Positions 48,794-62,064 are shown, counted from the stretch's first letter. The stretch is DNA of 64,000 bases from an uncultured Holophagales bacterium (GCA_963842525.1 CAWJGT010000009.1:256001-320000); one strand, 5' to 3'. Numbers and translations: made by a program. Notes: a model not told the origin generated them from the letters alone.

Positions 48794-49387
48794 TCCTGAT
48801 GGTGGACAACTACGATTCCTTCACCTACAACCTGGTGCAGATGCTCTCCGCGGCCGGGGCCGAGGTGGTGGTGCTGCGCAACGACTTCGAGAGCGCCGAC
48901 GCCCTGCTCGCCCGCGAGCCGGAGGGAATCGTCCTCTCGCCCGGCCCGGGCCGGCCCGAGGACGCAGGCGTCTGCCTGGACCTGATCCGGCGCCGCGCTC
49001 CGGTCCCGCTCCTCGGCGTCTGCCTCGGCCACCAGGCCCTGGGTGTCGCCTTCGGGGCCACGGTGGACCGCGCGCCGCGCCAGATGCACGGCAAGACCTC
49101 GATGGTCCGCCACACCGATCTCGGAGTCTTCGCCGGGCTGCCCAACCCCTTCGAGGCCACGCGCTACCACAGCCTGGAGGTCAAGGAGCCGACGCTGCCG
49201 CCGGAGCTGGAGCCGATCGCCTGGAGCGACGACGGCACGCTCATGGGCCTGCGCCACCGCGAGCTCCCGTACTGGGGCGTGCAGTTCCATCCCGAATCGG
49301 TGCTGACCGGCTCCGGGCGCGCACCTCCTGGCCAATTTCCTGGGCCTGTGCAAGACGGTGGCGGACGAGGTGGCGGTCCATGCCTGA
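48790..49387 (+). CDS. trpG: Anthranilate synthase component II (indel ~49320)
   Basis: DNYDSFTYNL, SPGPG, GVCLGHQ, RYHSL, QFHPES. Confidence 0.92.
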
Positions 49388-50392
49388 GGCGAAGGAGGCG
49401 CTCTGGCGCCTGGCCGCGGGGGAGAGCCTCACCCGCGAAGAGACCGAGGAGCTCTTCGGCTCTCTGATGGACGGCCAGGTCAGCGACACGATCAAGGCCG
49501 CGCTCCTGGTCGCCCTGCGCATGAAGGGGGAGGTGGTGGCGGAGATCGCCGGCGCTGCCACCGCCATGCGGCGCCGGGTGATCCCCATCCGCCACTCGGT
49601 CGAGGGGGTGGTGGATACCTGCGGCACCGGCGGCGACGGCCGCGGCACCTTCAACATCTCGACCGCGGCGGCGCTGGTGGCCGCGGCGGCCGGCGTGCGC
49701 GTGGCCAAGCATGGCAACCGGTCCGTCTCCAGCAAGTCGGGGAGCGCCGACGTGCTCGCCGCCCTGGGGGTGAGGATCGAGATGGACCCCGAGACCGCCG
49801 GCCGCGCCCTGGAGACCGTCGGAATCACCTTCCTTTTTGCGCCGCTGCTCCATCCCGCGATGCGCGAGGTCATGCCGGTGCGCCGCGAGCTGGGGATGCG
49901 GACGATCTTCAACGTCCTGGGTCCGTTGACCAACCCGGCCGGCGCCCGCCGGCAGCTCATGGGGGTCTACGCCGAAGCCCTGGTCGAGCCGATCGGCCAC
50001 GTGCTGCGCGACCTCGGTGCCGAGCACGCCCTGGTGGTCCACGGCAGCGACGGCCTGGACGAGATCACCACGACGGGTCCGACCACGGTGAGCGAAGTCA
50101 AAGATGGAGAAACGCGCGCCTACACCCTGGAGCCGGAGCGCCTGGGGATTCCGCGCGCACGCCTGCAGGACCTCGCCGGCGGCGGACCCGAGGAGAACGC
50201 GGCCCTGATGCACCGCGTCCTCGGCGGTGAGCCCGGCCCCCTGGCGGATGTGACTGCCTTGAACGCCGGCGCCGCGATCTACGTCTCCGGCCTGGCGCCG
50301 ACCCTGGAGGATGGATACGGGCGGGCTCGCGAGGTGCTGGCCTCGGGGGCGGGGCGCGGAAGCTCGCGGAGCTGAAAGGGTTCCTGGGATGA
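49380..50392 (+). CDS. trpD: Anthranilate phosphoribosyltransferase (indel near the 3' end)
   Basis: DTCGTGGDG, NISTA, KHGNR, GPLTNP, DGLDE. Confidence 0.93.
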
Positions 50393-50435
50393 CGCTCCCC
50401 GCCACCCCCCGGAGCCCGGGTCGCGGGGAGGTCCG

Positions 50436-51243
50436 ATGATCCCCGACATCCTCCTCCGCATCGCCGAGCGCCGCCGCCAGCGGGTGGCGGCGGAGATCGC
50501 CGCTCGCGGTGGGGCTGGAAGCCTCGTCGAGGCTGACGACAGCGCGATCCTCACCGAGCGCGACAACGCCTTCCTCGGCCGCCTTGCGGCAGCGAACGAA
50601 GGGCACCCCCGCCATCATCGCCGAGGTCAAGATGGGCTCCCCGCGGCTGGGCTACCTCCACGGTCGGGTCGATCCCATCGCCCAGGCGCGCATCTATGCC
50701 GAGCATGGTGCCGCCTGCCTGTCCGTGGTTGTGGAGCCGGATTTCTTCCATGGCGGCTACGACCTCCTCGCCGCCTGCCGCGCGGCTTCGGGCCTGCCGG
50801 CCATCGCCAAGGACTTCCTGGTCGACCCGGTCCAGCTCGTCTGGGCCAAGGAGGCCGGCGCCGACGCCGTGCTGCTGATCGCCGCTCTCCTACGAAGCCG
50901 GCGAGATGGCGCGCTACGCCCGCCTGGCCCGCGGCCTCGGCCTGGTCCCGCTGGTCGAGACCCACGACGCGGACGATATCGGCAAGCTCGCTCGGCGAGC
51001 CCTGGGAGCTGGTCGGCATCAACAACCGCGACCTGCGCACCTTCGACGTCGACCTCCAGAATTCGATCTCCCTGCTGCCCGGCCTGCCCGCCGAGGCGGT
51101 CAAGGTGGCCGAGAGCGGAATCCGCGACGCCCTCGACGTGTTGCTCCTCCGCGACAGCGGCTTCGACGCCTTCCTGATCGGCGAGTCGCTACTGCTCGCC
51201 ACGGACCCGGGCGCGAAGCTGCGGGAGCTGACCGGGCGCATGA
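50436..51243 (+). CDS. trpC: Indole-3-glycerol-phosphate synthase (indels)
   Basis: IIAEVK..SP, KDF, GADAVLLI, GINNRDL, AESGI, LIGESL across frames. Confidence 0.88.
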
Positions 51244-51868
51244 CGCAGGATCAAGATCTGCGGCGTCGCCGACGCCGAGAACGCCTGCCTGGCGGTCGAC
51301 CTGGGGGCCGATTTCCTCGGGTTGAACTTCTATCCGCGGAGCCCGCGGTATGTCGACCCGGGCCGGGCGCGGGAGATCGCCGACGCGGTGCGCGGGCGGG
51401 TGACCCTGGTCGGGGTCTTCGTCAACGCCGCGCCGGCCCAAATCGAGGAAATCACTGGCCGCGTCGGGCTCGACCTGCTGCAATTCAGCGGCGACGAGGA
51501 CCCCGAGGCCGTGGCGCCGTTCGCCGGCCGCGCCGTCAAGTGCTTCCGCACCGGCGGCGACCCCGGGGGCGAGGCGCTCGCGCCGTACCGCGACGCCTGG
51601 GGGCTGCTGTTCGACGCTCCCCACGGTTCCCTGTATGGTGGCACCGGTGCCGCCTGGAGCTACGCGGCGGTCGCGCGCACGGTCGAGGCCCTGCCCGGCC
51701 GGCGGGTCTTCCTGGCCGGCGGCCTCGGGCCGGACAACGTGCGGCAGGCGATCGAAGCCTGCCGGCCCTTCGCCGTGGACGTCTGCTCGCGGGTGGAGTC
51801 GGCCCCCGGAATCAAGGATCCCGAGCTGCTGCGGCGGCTTTTTGAGGAAGTTCTTCTAGGAGATCGGA

Positions 51869-51894
<26 letters not shown>
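51240..51894 (+). CDS. trpF: Phosphoribosylanthranilate isomerase (5' indel)
   Basis: IKICG, SPRYV, VGVFVN, GGTG, LAGGL, VES.PGIKD. Confidence 0.9.
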
Positions 51895-53109
<1,215 letters not shown>

Positions 53110-53113
<4 letters not shown>

Positions 53114-53943
53114 CCGCGATCGACGACGTGTTCGCCCGCTGCGCCGCCGAAGGGCGCGCCGCCTTCATCCCCTTCCTCATGGCCGGCGACCCCAGCCTGG
53201 ACGCCACCGCAGCCTTCCTGGAAGCGCTCGCCGCCGGCGGCGCCGACGTGATCGAGCTGGGCGTGCCGTTCAGCGACCCGATCGCCGACGGCCCGACGAA
53301 CCAGCGGGCCGCGGTGCGCGCGCTCCAGTCCGGCACCAAGATCTCGGGCATCCTGGAGCTGGTGGCCCGGCACCGCGACCGGATCGGCGTGCCGATCGTT
53401 CTCTTCACCTACTTCAACCCGATCTTCTCGCGCGGCATCGAGCGCTTCGCCGAGCAGGCCGCGGCCTCGGGGGTCGACGGCGTGCTCTGCGTCGACCTGC
53501 CGCCCGAGGAGGGGCAGGAGGAGCTGGTGCCGGCGCTGCGCGAGCAGGGGGTGGACACCATCTTCCTCCTCGCCCCCACGAGCACCCGCGAACGCATCGG
53601 CCGGGTCGGGGCGATGTCCTCGGGCTTCGTCTATTACGTCTCGCGCACCGGGGTGACCGGCGAGCGCGCCGCCCTGCCGTCCGACCTGGTGCGCGACCTG
53701 AAGCGCCTGCGCCGGCGGCTCGACCTGCCGCTCGCCGTGGGCTTCGGGATCTCGTCGCCGGCCCACGTGGCCGCGGTGGCGGAGGTGGCCGACGGCGTGG
53801 TGGTGGGGAGCGCGCTGGTGCGGCTGGTCGAGGAGGGCCTGGAGCATGACGATCCCCGGGCCCTGCCGCGCCTCCTCGAAGAGCGGGTCCGCGACCTGTC
53901 GGAGCCGCTGCGGCGCCAGGCGGCGGAACGGCGGCGGGCATGA
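53110..53943 (+). CDS. trpA: Tryptophan synthase alpha chain
   Basis: [34 protein letters not shown]. Confidence 0.96.
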
Positions 53944-54641
53944 TGGCTGGATCGAGCCGCCGCGAAGAGCGGCACGTCGCCACGCTGGTCCACGGCCGCT
54001 TCCTCCTGGAGACGCCGGCGACCCCGGAGTCGTTGGAGCGTGTGGAGCGCGCGCCCCTGGTGGTCGGCTTCCACGGCTACGGCGAGACCGCCGAGCGCCA
54101 CCTGGACGAGCTGCGCCGCATCCCCGGCGCCGCACAGTGGGTGCTCTGCGCGGTCCAGGCGCTCCACCCCTTCTACAACCGGACGGGCGAGGTGATCGCG
54201 AGCTGGATGACGCGGCAGGACCGCGAGCTCGCGATCCAGGACAACGTCCTCTACGTGGCCGGCGTGGTCGCCGAGGTCAAGCGGACGCTGCCGGTCTCCC
54301 CGGACCGCCTCGTCTTCCTCGGCTTCTCCCAGGGCGCCGCCATGGCCTATCGCGCCGCAGCCGGCAGCGGCCACCCCTGCCAGGGCGTCGTGGTCCTGGG
54401 CGGCGACGTGCCGCCGGAGCTGGAGCAGCGCGGCCTCGCCGGCTTCCCGCCCGTCCTCCTCGGCCGCGGCAGCAGCGAGGAGTGGTACGACGCCGCCAAG
54501 ATGGAGCACGACGTCGAGGTCCTCCGCACCCGCGGCGTCGACGTCCGCCCGCTGGTCTTCACCGGCGGCCATGAATGGACCAACGAGTTCCGCGCCGCTG
54601 CCGGGGAGTTCCTGCGCGAGGTCCTGGGGCAAGCTTCTTAG
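53940..54641 (+). CDS. Phospholipase/carboxylesterase-family alpha/beta hydrolase
   Basis: FHGYG, GFSQG nucleophile, C-terminal GGH; coupled to trpA. Confidence 0.85.
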   Translation: MMAGSSRREERHVATLVHGRFLLETPATPESLERVERAPLVVGFHGYGETAERHLDELRRIPGAAQWVLCAVQALHPFYNRTGEVIASWMTRQDRELAIQDNVLYVAGVVAEVKRTLPVSPDRLVFLGFSQGAAMAYRAAAGSGHPCQGVVVLGGDVPPELEQRGLAGFPPVLLGRGSSEEWYDAAKMEHDVEVLRTRGVDVRPLVFTGGHEWTNEFRAAAGEFLREVLGQAS

Positions 54642-54650
54642 GCAACATTT

Positions 54651-54706
54651 CCCCCTCTCCCGGGTGGGCGTGAGCGCGGGTGGGAGAGGGGGCCAGGGGG
54701 GTGAGG
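54651..54706 (-). repeat. REP-like family A unit
   Basis: ccccctctccc...gggagaggggg...gggggtgagg. Confidence 0.8.
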
Positions 54707-54711
54707 GCTCC

Positions 54712-54748
54712 AAAAAAGAAAAGGGCACCCCGGCGGCCAGGGCGCCCC
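54712..54748 (-). terminator. Probable intrinsic terminator for the minus-strand lipoprotein genes
   Basis: Imperfect gggcaccc/gggcgccc hairpin followed on the minus strand by a U-run. Confidence 0.55.
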
Positions 54749-54777
54749 ATCTACGACTGTTGCTCGATGAAGTCGAC

Positions 54778-55020
54778 TTACTGGGCGGGCGGGGTCATGT
54801 CGGTACCGGTGGTACCCATGTCCGTGGTGCCCATGTCGGTGCCCATTCCCATGTCGGTCGTGCCCATGTCGGTTCCCATGGTATCGATCGGCGCGGTGGT
54901 GTCCTCCATCGTGGTAGCCGGGCTCTCCTCGACGTTCGCGTCCTTCTTGCAGCCGACCATCGGCACGAGGAGGGCAGCCAGCAGACACAGGATCGACAGG
55001 TGAATAAACAGCTTTCTCAT
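54778..55020 (-). CDS. Small lipoprotein with TDMG repeats
   Basis: Lipobox MVGC; low-complexity T/D/M/G tail. Confidence 0.7.
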   Translation of the reverse strand: MRKLFIHLSILCLLAALLVPMVGCKKDANVEESPATTMEDTTAPIDTMGTDMGTTDMGMGTDMGTTDMGTTGTDMTPPAQ

Positions 55021-55072
55021 TTCCTTTTCTCCCTTGTTAAATGCAACTGGATGAAGATACGACAGGGCGATT

Positions 55073-55396
55073 CTACTGCCGGTCGCCCACCTTGATCAGG
55101 TTGATCACCCGCCGGACGCCGTCCGTCTCGCGGGCCAACCGTTCCGCCTCGGTCCGGGCCTCGGTCTTGTCGACCCGTCCCTGGAGCGTCACGACACCCT
55201 CATTGGTATCGACGTCGATGTTGAACGGATTGATGTTTCCGTCCGTTGCCAGCTTCGCCTTGACCGCGGCGGTGATCGCCGCGTCGTCCACCTGCTGTCC
55301 CGGCGTTTCCGTCGAGCTGCAGGCTGCCAACCCAAGCAGGGCCACCATCAGTGCAAGACCAGCGACCCAGAAGCGCAGCATCGATCTGTTGTTCAT
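55073..55396 (-). CDS. BON-domain (OsmY-like) lipoprotein
   Basis: Lipobox LAAC; DDAAITAAVKAKL, GVVTLQG, GVRRVIN. Confidence 0.92.
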   Translation of the reverse strand: MNNRSMLRFWVAGLALMVALLGLAACSSTETPGQQVDDAAITAAVKAKLATDGNINPFNIDVDTNEGVVTLQGRVDKTEARTEAERLARETDGVRRVINLIKVGDRQ

Positions 55397-55478
55397 TGCC
55401 TTCCTCCTCGCTTGAACCTGTTCGTTTCAGAAGGTCTGTGGCTCAGACCACCCGGTACTTAACCGTAGCCGGTCTAAA

Positions 55479-55493
55479 GCAGAATTTGTGCCA
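55479..55493 (-). promoter_or_regulatory. Putative sigma54 promoter for the BON gene
   Basis: TGGCAC-AAATT-CTGC. Confidence 0.6.
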
Positions 55494-55634
55494 CAGTCTC
55501 CCCTGCTTCCCTGTTCAGGTTCTCCAGATCGAAGCGTCGCCGGACGGCACGGGAGTATATATCCTCCCTTGCGACTCCTCAAGGGGGTCTTTGCAAGAGA
55601 GGGTCTCCGGGGTCGCCAAGTCCCGCGTGGTCCG

Positions 55635-56977
<1,343 letters not shown>

Positions 56978-56979
56978 CG

Positions 56980-58071
56980 CTACTCCTTCTCCTTCTCTGG
57001 ATCTTGGGCCAGACTCAATTCTACCTCATACGACCGCGGGCATCCGGAATTCCCCACATCGCGCACCTGCCCACCCTGGGTCTCCAGGAGGGCGCGCGCG
57101 CTCCAGAGCTGCGCCAGCAGGCCCTGGGGCGAGACCTCGACGTCGAATCCGGGCGCCGGCTCCGGGCCCGTGCCGCCGGTCTCGCCGCAGATCCCGGAGA
57201 CCCGCACCCGCGCCTGCCGCCCGCGCGACTCCACGCCGAGCTCCAGGAGGCCGTCGCGCGGCACCGTGCCGAGCGCCGCCACCGCCAGGTGGAGCAGGGC
57301 CTGGCGGAGCACGAAGCGGTTGCCCGCCACCTGGACCGGCGCCGCGGGCAGCACCGGCTTGACCTTGACCTGCTGCTTGCGCGCCGGCCCGGCGAGCAGC
57401 GACGCCAGGTCCTCGAGCAGCTCGCGCAGGTCCAGCACCTCGTCGCGGTCGCCGCGCGGCGAGATCTGCGCGATGTAGATCTCCATCTCGCGGTGCAGGC
57501 GCGTCAGCTCCTCGCGCAGCACGTTGACGTAGCGGAGCTGGCGGTCCCGGCCTCCCGGCTCGCTGCCGCGCCCCGAGGCGATCGTCTCCTTCAGGACCTC
57601 GATGTTGAAGACCATGGCGTTGATCGGCGCCCGCAGGTCGTGCGCCACCGCGGGCGTGATCTGCGCCAGGGTGCGCAGCAGAGCCGCCCGGCGCAGGTCG
57701 GCCGCCACCGCCTCCCGGGCCTCGGGGTCGCGGACCAGCAGCACGCCGCCGCCGCGGCCATCCGGCCGCAGCTCGACGGTCAGGCGCCGCAGCCCGTCTC
57801 CGGCCGGGATCTCGACCTCGGTGACCTCGTCCCAGCGCAGGCCGGCCGCCTCCAGGCGGGACCGCACCTCGCCCCAGCGCCCCGCGAGCCCCGCCCGTCG
57901 ATGACCCTCGGCGAGATCCAGCAGCTCCCGGGCGCGCGGATCGGCGGAAACGATTTCGCCCTCCACGAGCACCAGGATCCCCGGCTCGAGCAGCCGGTCG
58001 ACGTCCACCCGGGCTTCGAGCTCCTTGTCCACAGCGACGTTCATGTTCCGCTCTCCGATCACCGGCATCAC
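56980..58071 (-). CDS. Sensor histidine kinase-like protein with degenerate ATPase domain
   Basis: H-box VAHDLRAPI; canonical N/G boxes not evident. Confidence 0.7.
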   Translation of the reverse strand: MMPVIGERNMNVAVDKELEARVDVDRLLEPGILVLVEGEIVSADPRARELLDLAEGHRRAGLAGRWGEVRSRLEAAGLRWDEVTEVEIPAGDGLRRLTVELRPDGRGGGVLLVRDPEAREAVAADLRRAALLRTLAQITPAVAHDLRAPINAMVFNIEVLKETIASGRGSEPGGRDRQLRYVNVLREELTRLHREMEIYIAQISPRGDRDEVLDLRELLEDLASLLAGPARKQQVKVKPVLPAAPVQVAGNRFVLRQALLHLAVAALGTVPRDGLLELGVESRGRQARVRVSGICGETGGTGPEPAPGFDVEVSPQGLLAQLWSARALLETQGGQVRDVGNSGCPRSYEVELSLAQDPEKEKE

Positions 58072-59618
58072 AGACTGTTCCTCATCATGTCATCGTCCGC
58101 CAGCGCCGAGGTCAGGAAGCTCTCCGCCCACCAGAACACGTCGTGCCTCTCCACCTCGGCGCGCAGGCGGCGCATGCGGCCGGCCCGCTCGGCCGGCTTC
58201 ATCCGCAGCGCCCGGTAGAGGGTGCGGGCGGTGGCTTCAACATTGTAGGGATTGACCAGCAGCGCGCCGTCCGCGAGCTGCGCGGCAGCCCCCGCGAACT
58301 CGGACAGCACCAGGACCCCCCGGCCGTCGAGATCGGCGGCGCAGTACTCCTTGGCCACCAGCTCCATGCCCGCCTTGAGCGGAATCACCAGCGCCACGTC
58401 CGCCGCCCGGTAGCAGGCGAGCAGCTCGTCCATCTCCAGCCCGCGGTGGACGTAGTGGACCGGCACCCAGCCGGGCCGGCCGAACCGGCCGTTGACCTCG
58501 CCCACCGCGCGCTCGATCTCGGCGCGCAGGGCCGCGTGCCGGGGCAGGTCCTCCCGGCAGGGAGTCACCGCCTGGAACAGCGAGACCTTCTCCCGCATCC
58601 CCGGGAAGCGGGAGAGCATCTCGGCGAACGCCTGCAGCTTCTCCAGGATGCCCCTGGACCGGTCGAGACGGTCGACGCCCAGCACGAGCTGCCGGCCGCG
58701 ATGGGACGCCCGGATCCGCGCCGCGCGTTCGTCCACCTCCGGCCGCGCCGCCCGCTCGGCGAGGTCGCGGGCGTCGATGCCGATCGGGAAGCTGCCCGCG
58801 GTCGTTGATCCCGTCCCGGTCGATCCCAAGGTCCACAGGCCGTTGCCGCGCGGCGCCACCTGGACGTCGGGCTGCAGCAGCCGCACGCAGGTCAGGAAGC
58901 TCTCCAGGTCGCCCGGCGTCTGGAACCCGACCTGGTCATAGGCCAGCATCCCGGCGAGCAGCCGGTCCCGCCAGGGGAGCTTCAGGAAGAGGCCGGGTGC
59001 CGGGAAGGGCAGATGGAGGAAGAAGGCCGTCCGCGCCATGGCTCCAGAGTTGACCCCGAGATGGGCTCCCAGGTGCCGCAGCTCGCGGGCGACGCCGATC
59101 AGCAGCGGGTCCTGCACCCACAACAGGTCGCGGCCGGCCGAGCGCGCCAGCGTCCTGGCCGCGGCGCGCGCGAACTTGCGGCACACCTTCCCATAGGCCT
59201 GCCAGTAGGCGCGTTCGAACCGGCACTCCTGCGGCATGTCGTGGAACAGCGGCCAGAGCACCTCGCCCGAGAAGCCGGCGCACGCGTCGTGCTTCTCCTG
59301 GGCGCTCAGCGCGACCGGCCGCAGGGTGTAGCCCCCCTCCTGGATCGCCCCCGCGAGCACCTTGCGCATCCCGGGGACCTCCTCCTCCGCCACGTCCGGG
59401 CAGCCGATCCAGACGCCGCGGCGGCGCCGCAACACCGGCGCCAGCGCCGAGGCCAGGGCGCTGCGGACCGGAGCCGCCCGCCAGCCGGCCCCCCCGTCCC
59501 GGGTCAACCTGATGGGCAGACGCTCGGACAGGACCAGGATGCGGCCTGGGGCGGGAAGCCCCGGCTTGCCGACGCGAAGGCGGACGCCGGAGAGAGTCTG
59601 CATGCTCGAAATGCTCAT
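58068..59618 (-). CDS. otsA: Trehalose-6-phosphate synthase (GT20)
   Basis: LWPLFH, FFLHLPFP, FPIGID, GVDRLD, GMELVAKEY, LSEFAGAA. Confidence 0.88.
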   Translation of the reverse strand: MSISSMQTLSGVRLRVGKPGLPAPGRILVLSERLPIRLTRDGGAGWRAAPVRSALASALAPVLRRRRGVWIGCPDVAEEEVPGMRKVLAGAIQEGGYTLRPVALSAQEKHDACAGFSGEVLWPLFHDMPQECRFERAYWQAYGKVCRKFARAAARTLARSAGRDLLWVQDPLLIGVARELRHLGAHLGVNSGAMARTAFFLHLPFPAPGLFLKLPWRDRLLAGMLAYDQVGFQTPGDLESFLTCVRLLQPDVQVAPRGNGLWTLGSTGTGSTTAGSFPIGIDARDLAERAARPEVDERAARIRASHRGRQLVLGVDRLDRSRGILEKLQAFAEMLSRFPGMREKVSLFQAVTPCREDLPRHAALRAEIERAVGEVNGRFGRPGWVPVHYVHRGLEMDELLACYRAADVALVIPLKAGMELVAKEYCAADLDGRGVLVLSEFAGAAAQLADGALLVNPYNVEATARTLYRALRMKPAERAGRMRRLRAEVERHDVFWWAESFLTSALADDDMMRNSL

Positions 59619-59696
59619 CGAAAGCCCTGCCCCGCTGAATCGACTACAAAGTGAAAATGACGCGAGCGAGCCGCGCGGGCGGCCCTGTCCTTGATA

Positions 59697-59727
59697 GCAG
59701 GTTGCGTGCCACGGCATGTGCCGTGCA
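59697..59727. promoter_or_regulatory. Back-to-back putative sigma54 promoters (otsA / topoisomerase IB)
   Basis: Minus TGGCAC-GCAAC-CTGC (59711-59697); plus CGGCAT-GTGCC-GTGC (59712-59726). Confidence 0.55.
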
Positions 59728-59847
59728 AAGCGCGGGACGCCAGGGAGCGGGCACAGGTGCGGCGGGCTGCGCAGGACAGCCCTCCGCAGGAGCCCGATCA
59801 GGGAACTTCTTACAAAGGACGCCCCGAGCGTCCGTGCAAAGGTGGAT

Positions 59848-60948
59848 ATGGCCTCCGCAGCAGAGACCGTCGAGACCTCCGAGCTCATCGACACCGGCCT
59901 GACCGTCGCCGTCTTCGTCGACCCCGTCGAGAGCGCCAAGGCCGCGGGCCTGCGCTATGTGACCGACGACGCGCCGGGCATCCGGCGCCGCAAGAGGGGA
60001 AAGGGCTTCGGCTACACCGATCCCAAGGGCAGCCCGGTCCGCGATGCAAAGACCCTGGAGCGGATCCGGAAGCTGGCGATCCCACCGGCCTGGACCGACG
60101 TGTGGATCTGCCCGAGCCCGAACGGGCACCTGCAGGCGACCGGCCGTGACGCCCGCGGCCGCAAGCAGTACCGCTACCACGCGGACTGGAGGAACGTCCG
60201 CGACGAGACCAAGTTCGGCCGCATGATCGTCTTCGGCGAGTCGCTGCCGAAGATCCGCCAGAAGATCGACGAGGACATGGGGCTCCGCGGCCTGCCGCGC
60301 GAAAAGGTCCTCGCCACGGTCGTCACGCTCCTGGAGACCACCCTCATCCGGGTCGGCAACCGGGAGTACATGAAGCAGAACAACTCCTTCGGCCTCACCA
60401 CCCTGCGCGACGGCCACGTGGACATCGAGGGCTCGAAGCTGCGTTTTGAATTCCGCGGCAAGAGCGGCAAGGAGCATTCGGTCGAGGTCCAGGACCGGCG
60501 GCTGGCGCGCATCGTCAAGCAGTGCCGGGACATCCCGGGGCAGACCCTCTTCCAGTACCTGGACGAAAACGGCGAGCGGCAAAAGGTGAGATCCGAGGAC
60601 GTCAACGCCTACCTGCGGGAGATCACGGGAGAGGACTTCAGCGCCAAGGACTTCCGCACCTGGGGAGGCACGGTTCTGGCCCTCTCCTACCTGCTGGACA
60701 TGGGCGCCTGCGAGTCGGAGAAGGAGGCCAGCAAGGCCGTGGTCCAGGCCATCAAGCAGGTGGCCGACGGCCTGGGCAACCGTCCCGCCATCTGCCGCAA
60801 GTACTACGTCCACCCCACCGTGATCGAGGCCTACGTCGAAGGCCGGCTCGCCGAGACCCTCCAGGACGCCGTGGAGACCGCCGAAGACGACGACACCGGC
60901 GGCCTGCGCAGGCTGGAGGCCCAGGTGCTGGCGCTGCTCAAGGGGTGA
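59848..60948 (+). CDS. Bacterial DNA topoisomerase IB
   Basis: IPPAWTDVWI, GRKQYRYH, IRVGN, KDFRTW, CRKYYVHP. Confidence 0.95.
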   Translation: MASAAETVETSELIDTGLTVAVFVDPVESAKAAGLRYVTDDAPGIRRRKRGKGFGYTDPKGSPVRDAKTLERIRKLAIPPAWTDVWICPSPNGHLQATGRDARGRKQYRYHADWRNVRDETKFGRMIVFGESLPKIRQKIDEDMGLRGLPREKVLATVVTLLETTLIRVGNREYMKQNNSFGLTTLRDGHVDIEGSKLRFEFRGKSGKEHSVEVQDRRLARIVKQCRDIPGQTLFQYLDENGERQKVRSEDVNAYLREITGEDFSAKDFRTWGGTVLALSYLLDMGACESEKEASKAVVQAIKQVADGLGNRPAICRKYYVHPTVIEAYVEGRLAETLQDAVETAEDDDTGGLRRLEAQVLALLKG

Positions 60949-60967
60949 GCCAGGGGGAGGGGGGCAC

Positions 60968-60995
60968 AAAAAAGGGCACCCCGAAAGGTGCCCTT
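60968..60995 (-). terminator. Intrinsic terminator between convergent genes
   Basis: aagggcacc-ccgaaa-ggtgccctt with a flanking A-run. Confidence 0.75.
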
Positions 60996-61051
60996 CCTGG
61001 AGACTTCACCCGCCACCCCACCCGCTCCGTATTTCGCCCGCGCACCCGCCC

Positions 61052-61282
61052 TCAGTTCAGCCAGACCTCCTGTTGAAACAGAAAGATCAAATTCTTTTCC
61101 TCGAAGGCGGTAAAAAACTCGTCCCAACTGATCGGCACGAGCTCCTCGTCGTCTTCTTCACCGGGAAAGTCGATCCGCAATGAGATCGGCTCCTCCCCGA
61201 TGACCTTGGCGGGCCGTCCTCCGCGTTCCTCGGCCCATCTGCGGATTACGTCGTGATCCGTGGTGGTCCTGCTCTCCGCCAT
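61052..61282 (-). CDS. Conserved small stress-associated protein
   Basis: TTTDHDVIRRWAEERGGRPA...LRIDFPG...ISWDEFF; RBS ggaagg. Confidence 0.75.
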   Translation of the reverse strand: MAESRTTTDHDVIRRWAEERGGRPAKVIGEEPISLRIDFPGEEDDEELVPISWDEFFTAFEEKNLIFLFQQEVWLN

Positions 61283-61432
61283 GGGTTCCCCCTTCCTTTC
61301 TAGAGATCAGCCGTTCACCACCTCCCCGCCACTGGGGTGCAGCACCTGGCCGGACACCTAGGACACATCGTCCGAAGCCAACAACACACAACAGGGGGCG
61401 ATCTCTTCCGGCTGCCCTGGTTCGCTGGCTGG

Positions 61433-61927
61433 TCAGCCGACCAGCGCCTCCTGGTTGACGTGGCTCTCGGCGAGCATGGTCAGCCGCTCGTCGGTCTCTT
61501 CCTCCTCAGTGAGTGTACGTTCGAGCAGGGTCACATGTTCGTCATGGCCGAGGAGCTCGGCGTAGGTGCGGACCGTGCCGTAGCCCGCGATCTCGTAGTG
61601 CTCCACCCGCTGGGCCGCGGCGATCAGGCCGGCGTCGAGCACATTCGGCTCGCCCTTCGTCTTGATCATCTGCTCGCCTTCCTTGATCAGCCCCTTCATC
61701 CCTTCGCAGGTGTGGCCGCCCGGCTTCTCGCCGAGGCTCTGGAAGATCCGCTCCAGCCGGTTGACGTGCTCCTGGGTCTGGAGCAGGTGTTCCTGGAAGC
61801 CCCTCTTGAGGTCGGCAGCGGTGGCCGCCTCAGCCATCTTGGGCAGCGCGTCGACGAGCTGGGTCTCGGCGCTGTAGAGGTCCTTGAGCTGTTCCAGGTA
61901 GAGGTCTTTCAAAGATTCCAATCGCAT
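61433..61927 (-). CDS. yciF: YciE/YciF (DUF892) ferritin-like protein
   Basis: LKDLYSAE.Q, C.GMKGLI.EG, AAQRVEHYEIAGYGT. Confidence 0.92.
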   Translation of the reverse strand: MRLESLKDLYLEQLKDLYSAETQLVDALPKMAEAATAADLKRGFQEHLLQTQEHVNRLERIFQSLGEKPGGHTCEGMKGLIKEGEQMIKTKGEPNVLDAGLIAAAQRVEHYEIAGYGTVRTYAELLGHDEHVTLLERTLTEEEETDERLTMLAESHVNQEALVG

Positions 61928-62015
61928 GAGCTCCTCCTTGCTGTGATTCGTGGTTGAAAAAATCCCGTCGCCGCGTACGGCTGGCGGGATGAGCTCTCAG
62001 CGACGAAAGAAAACC

Positions 62016-62030
62016 GCAAGATCCGTGCCC
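62016..62030 (-). promoter_or_regulatory. Putative sigma54 promoter for yciF
   Basis: GGGCAC-GGATC-TTGC. Confidence 0.65.
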
Positions 62031-62039
62031 GACGGATAT

Positions 62040-62064
62040 GTAGGGGCGGCCCTTGTGGCCGCCC
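62040..62064 (+). repeat. GTAG-type REP
   Basis: GTAGGGGCGGCC-CTTGT-GGCCGCCC. Confidence 0.7.
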
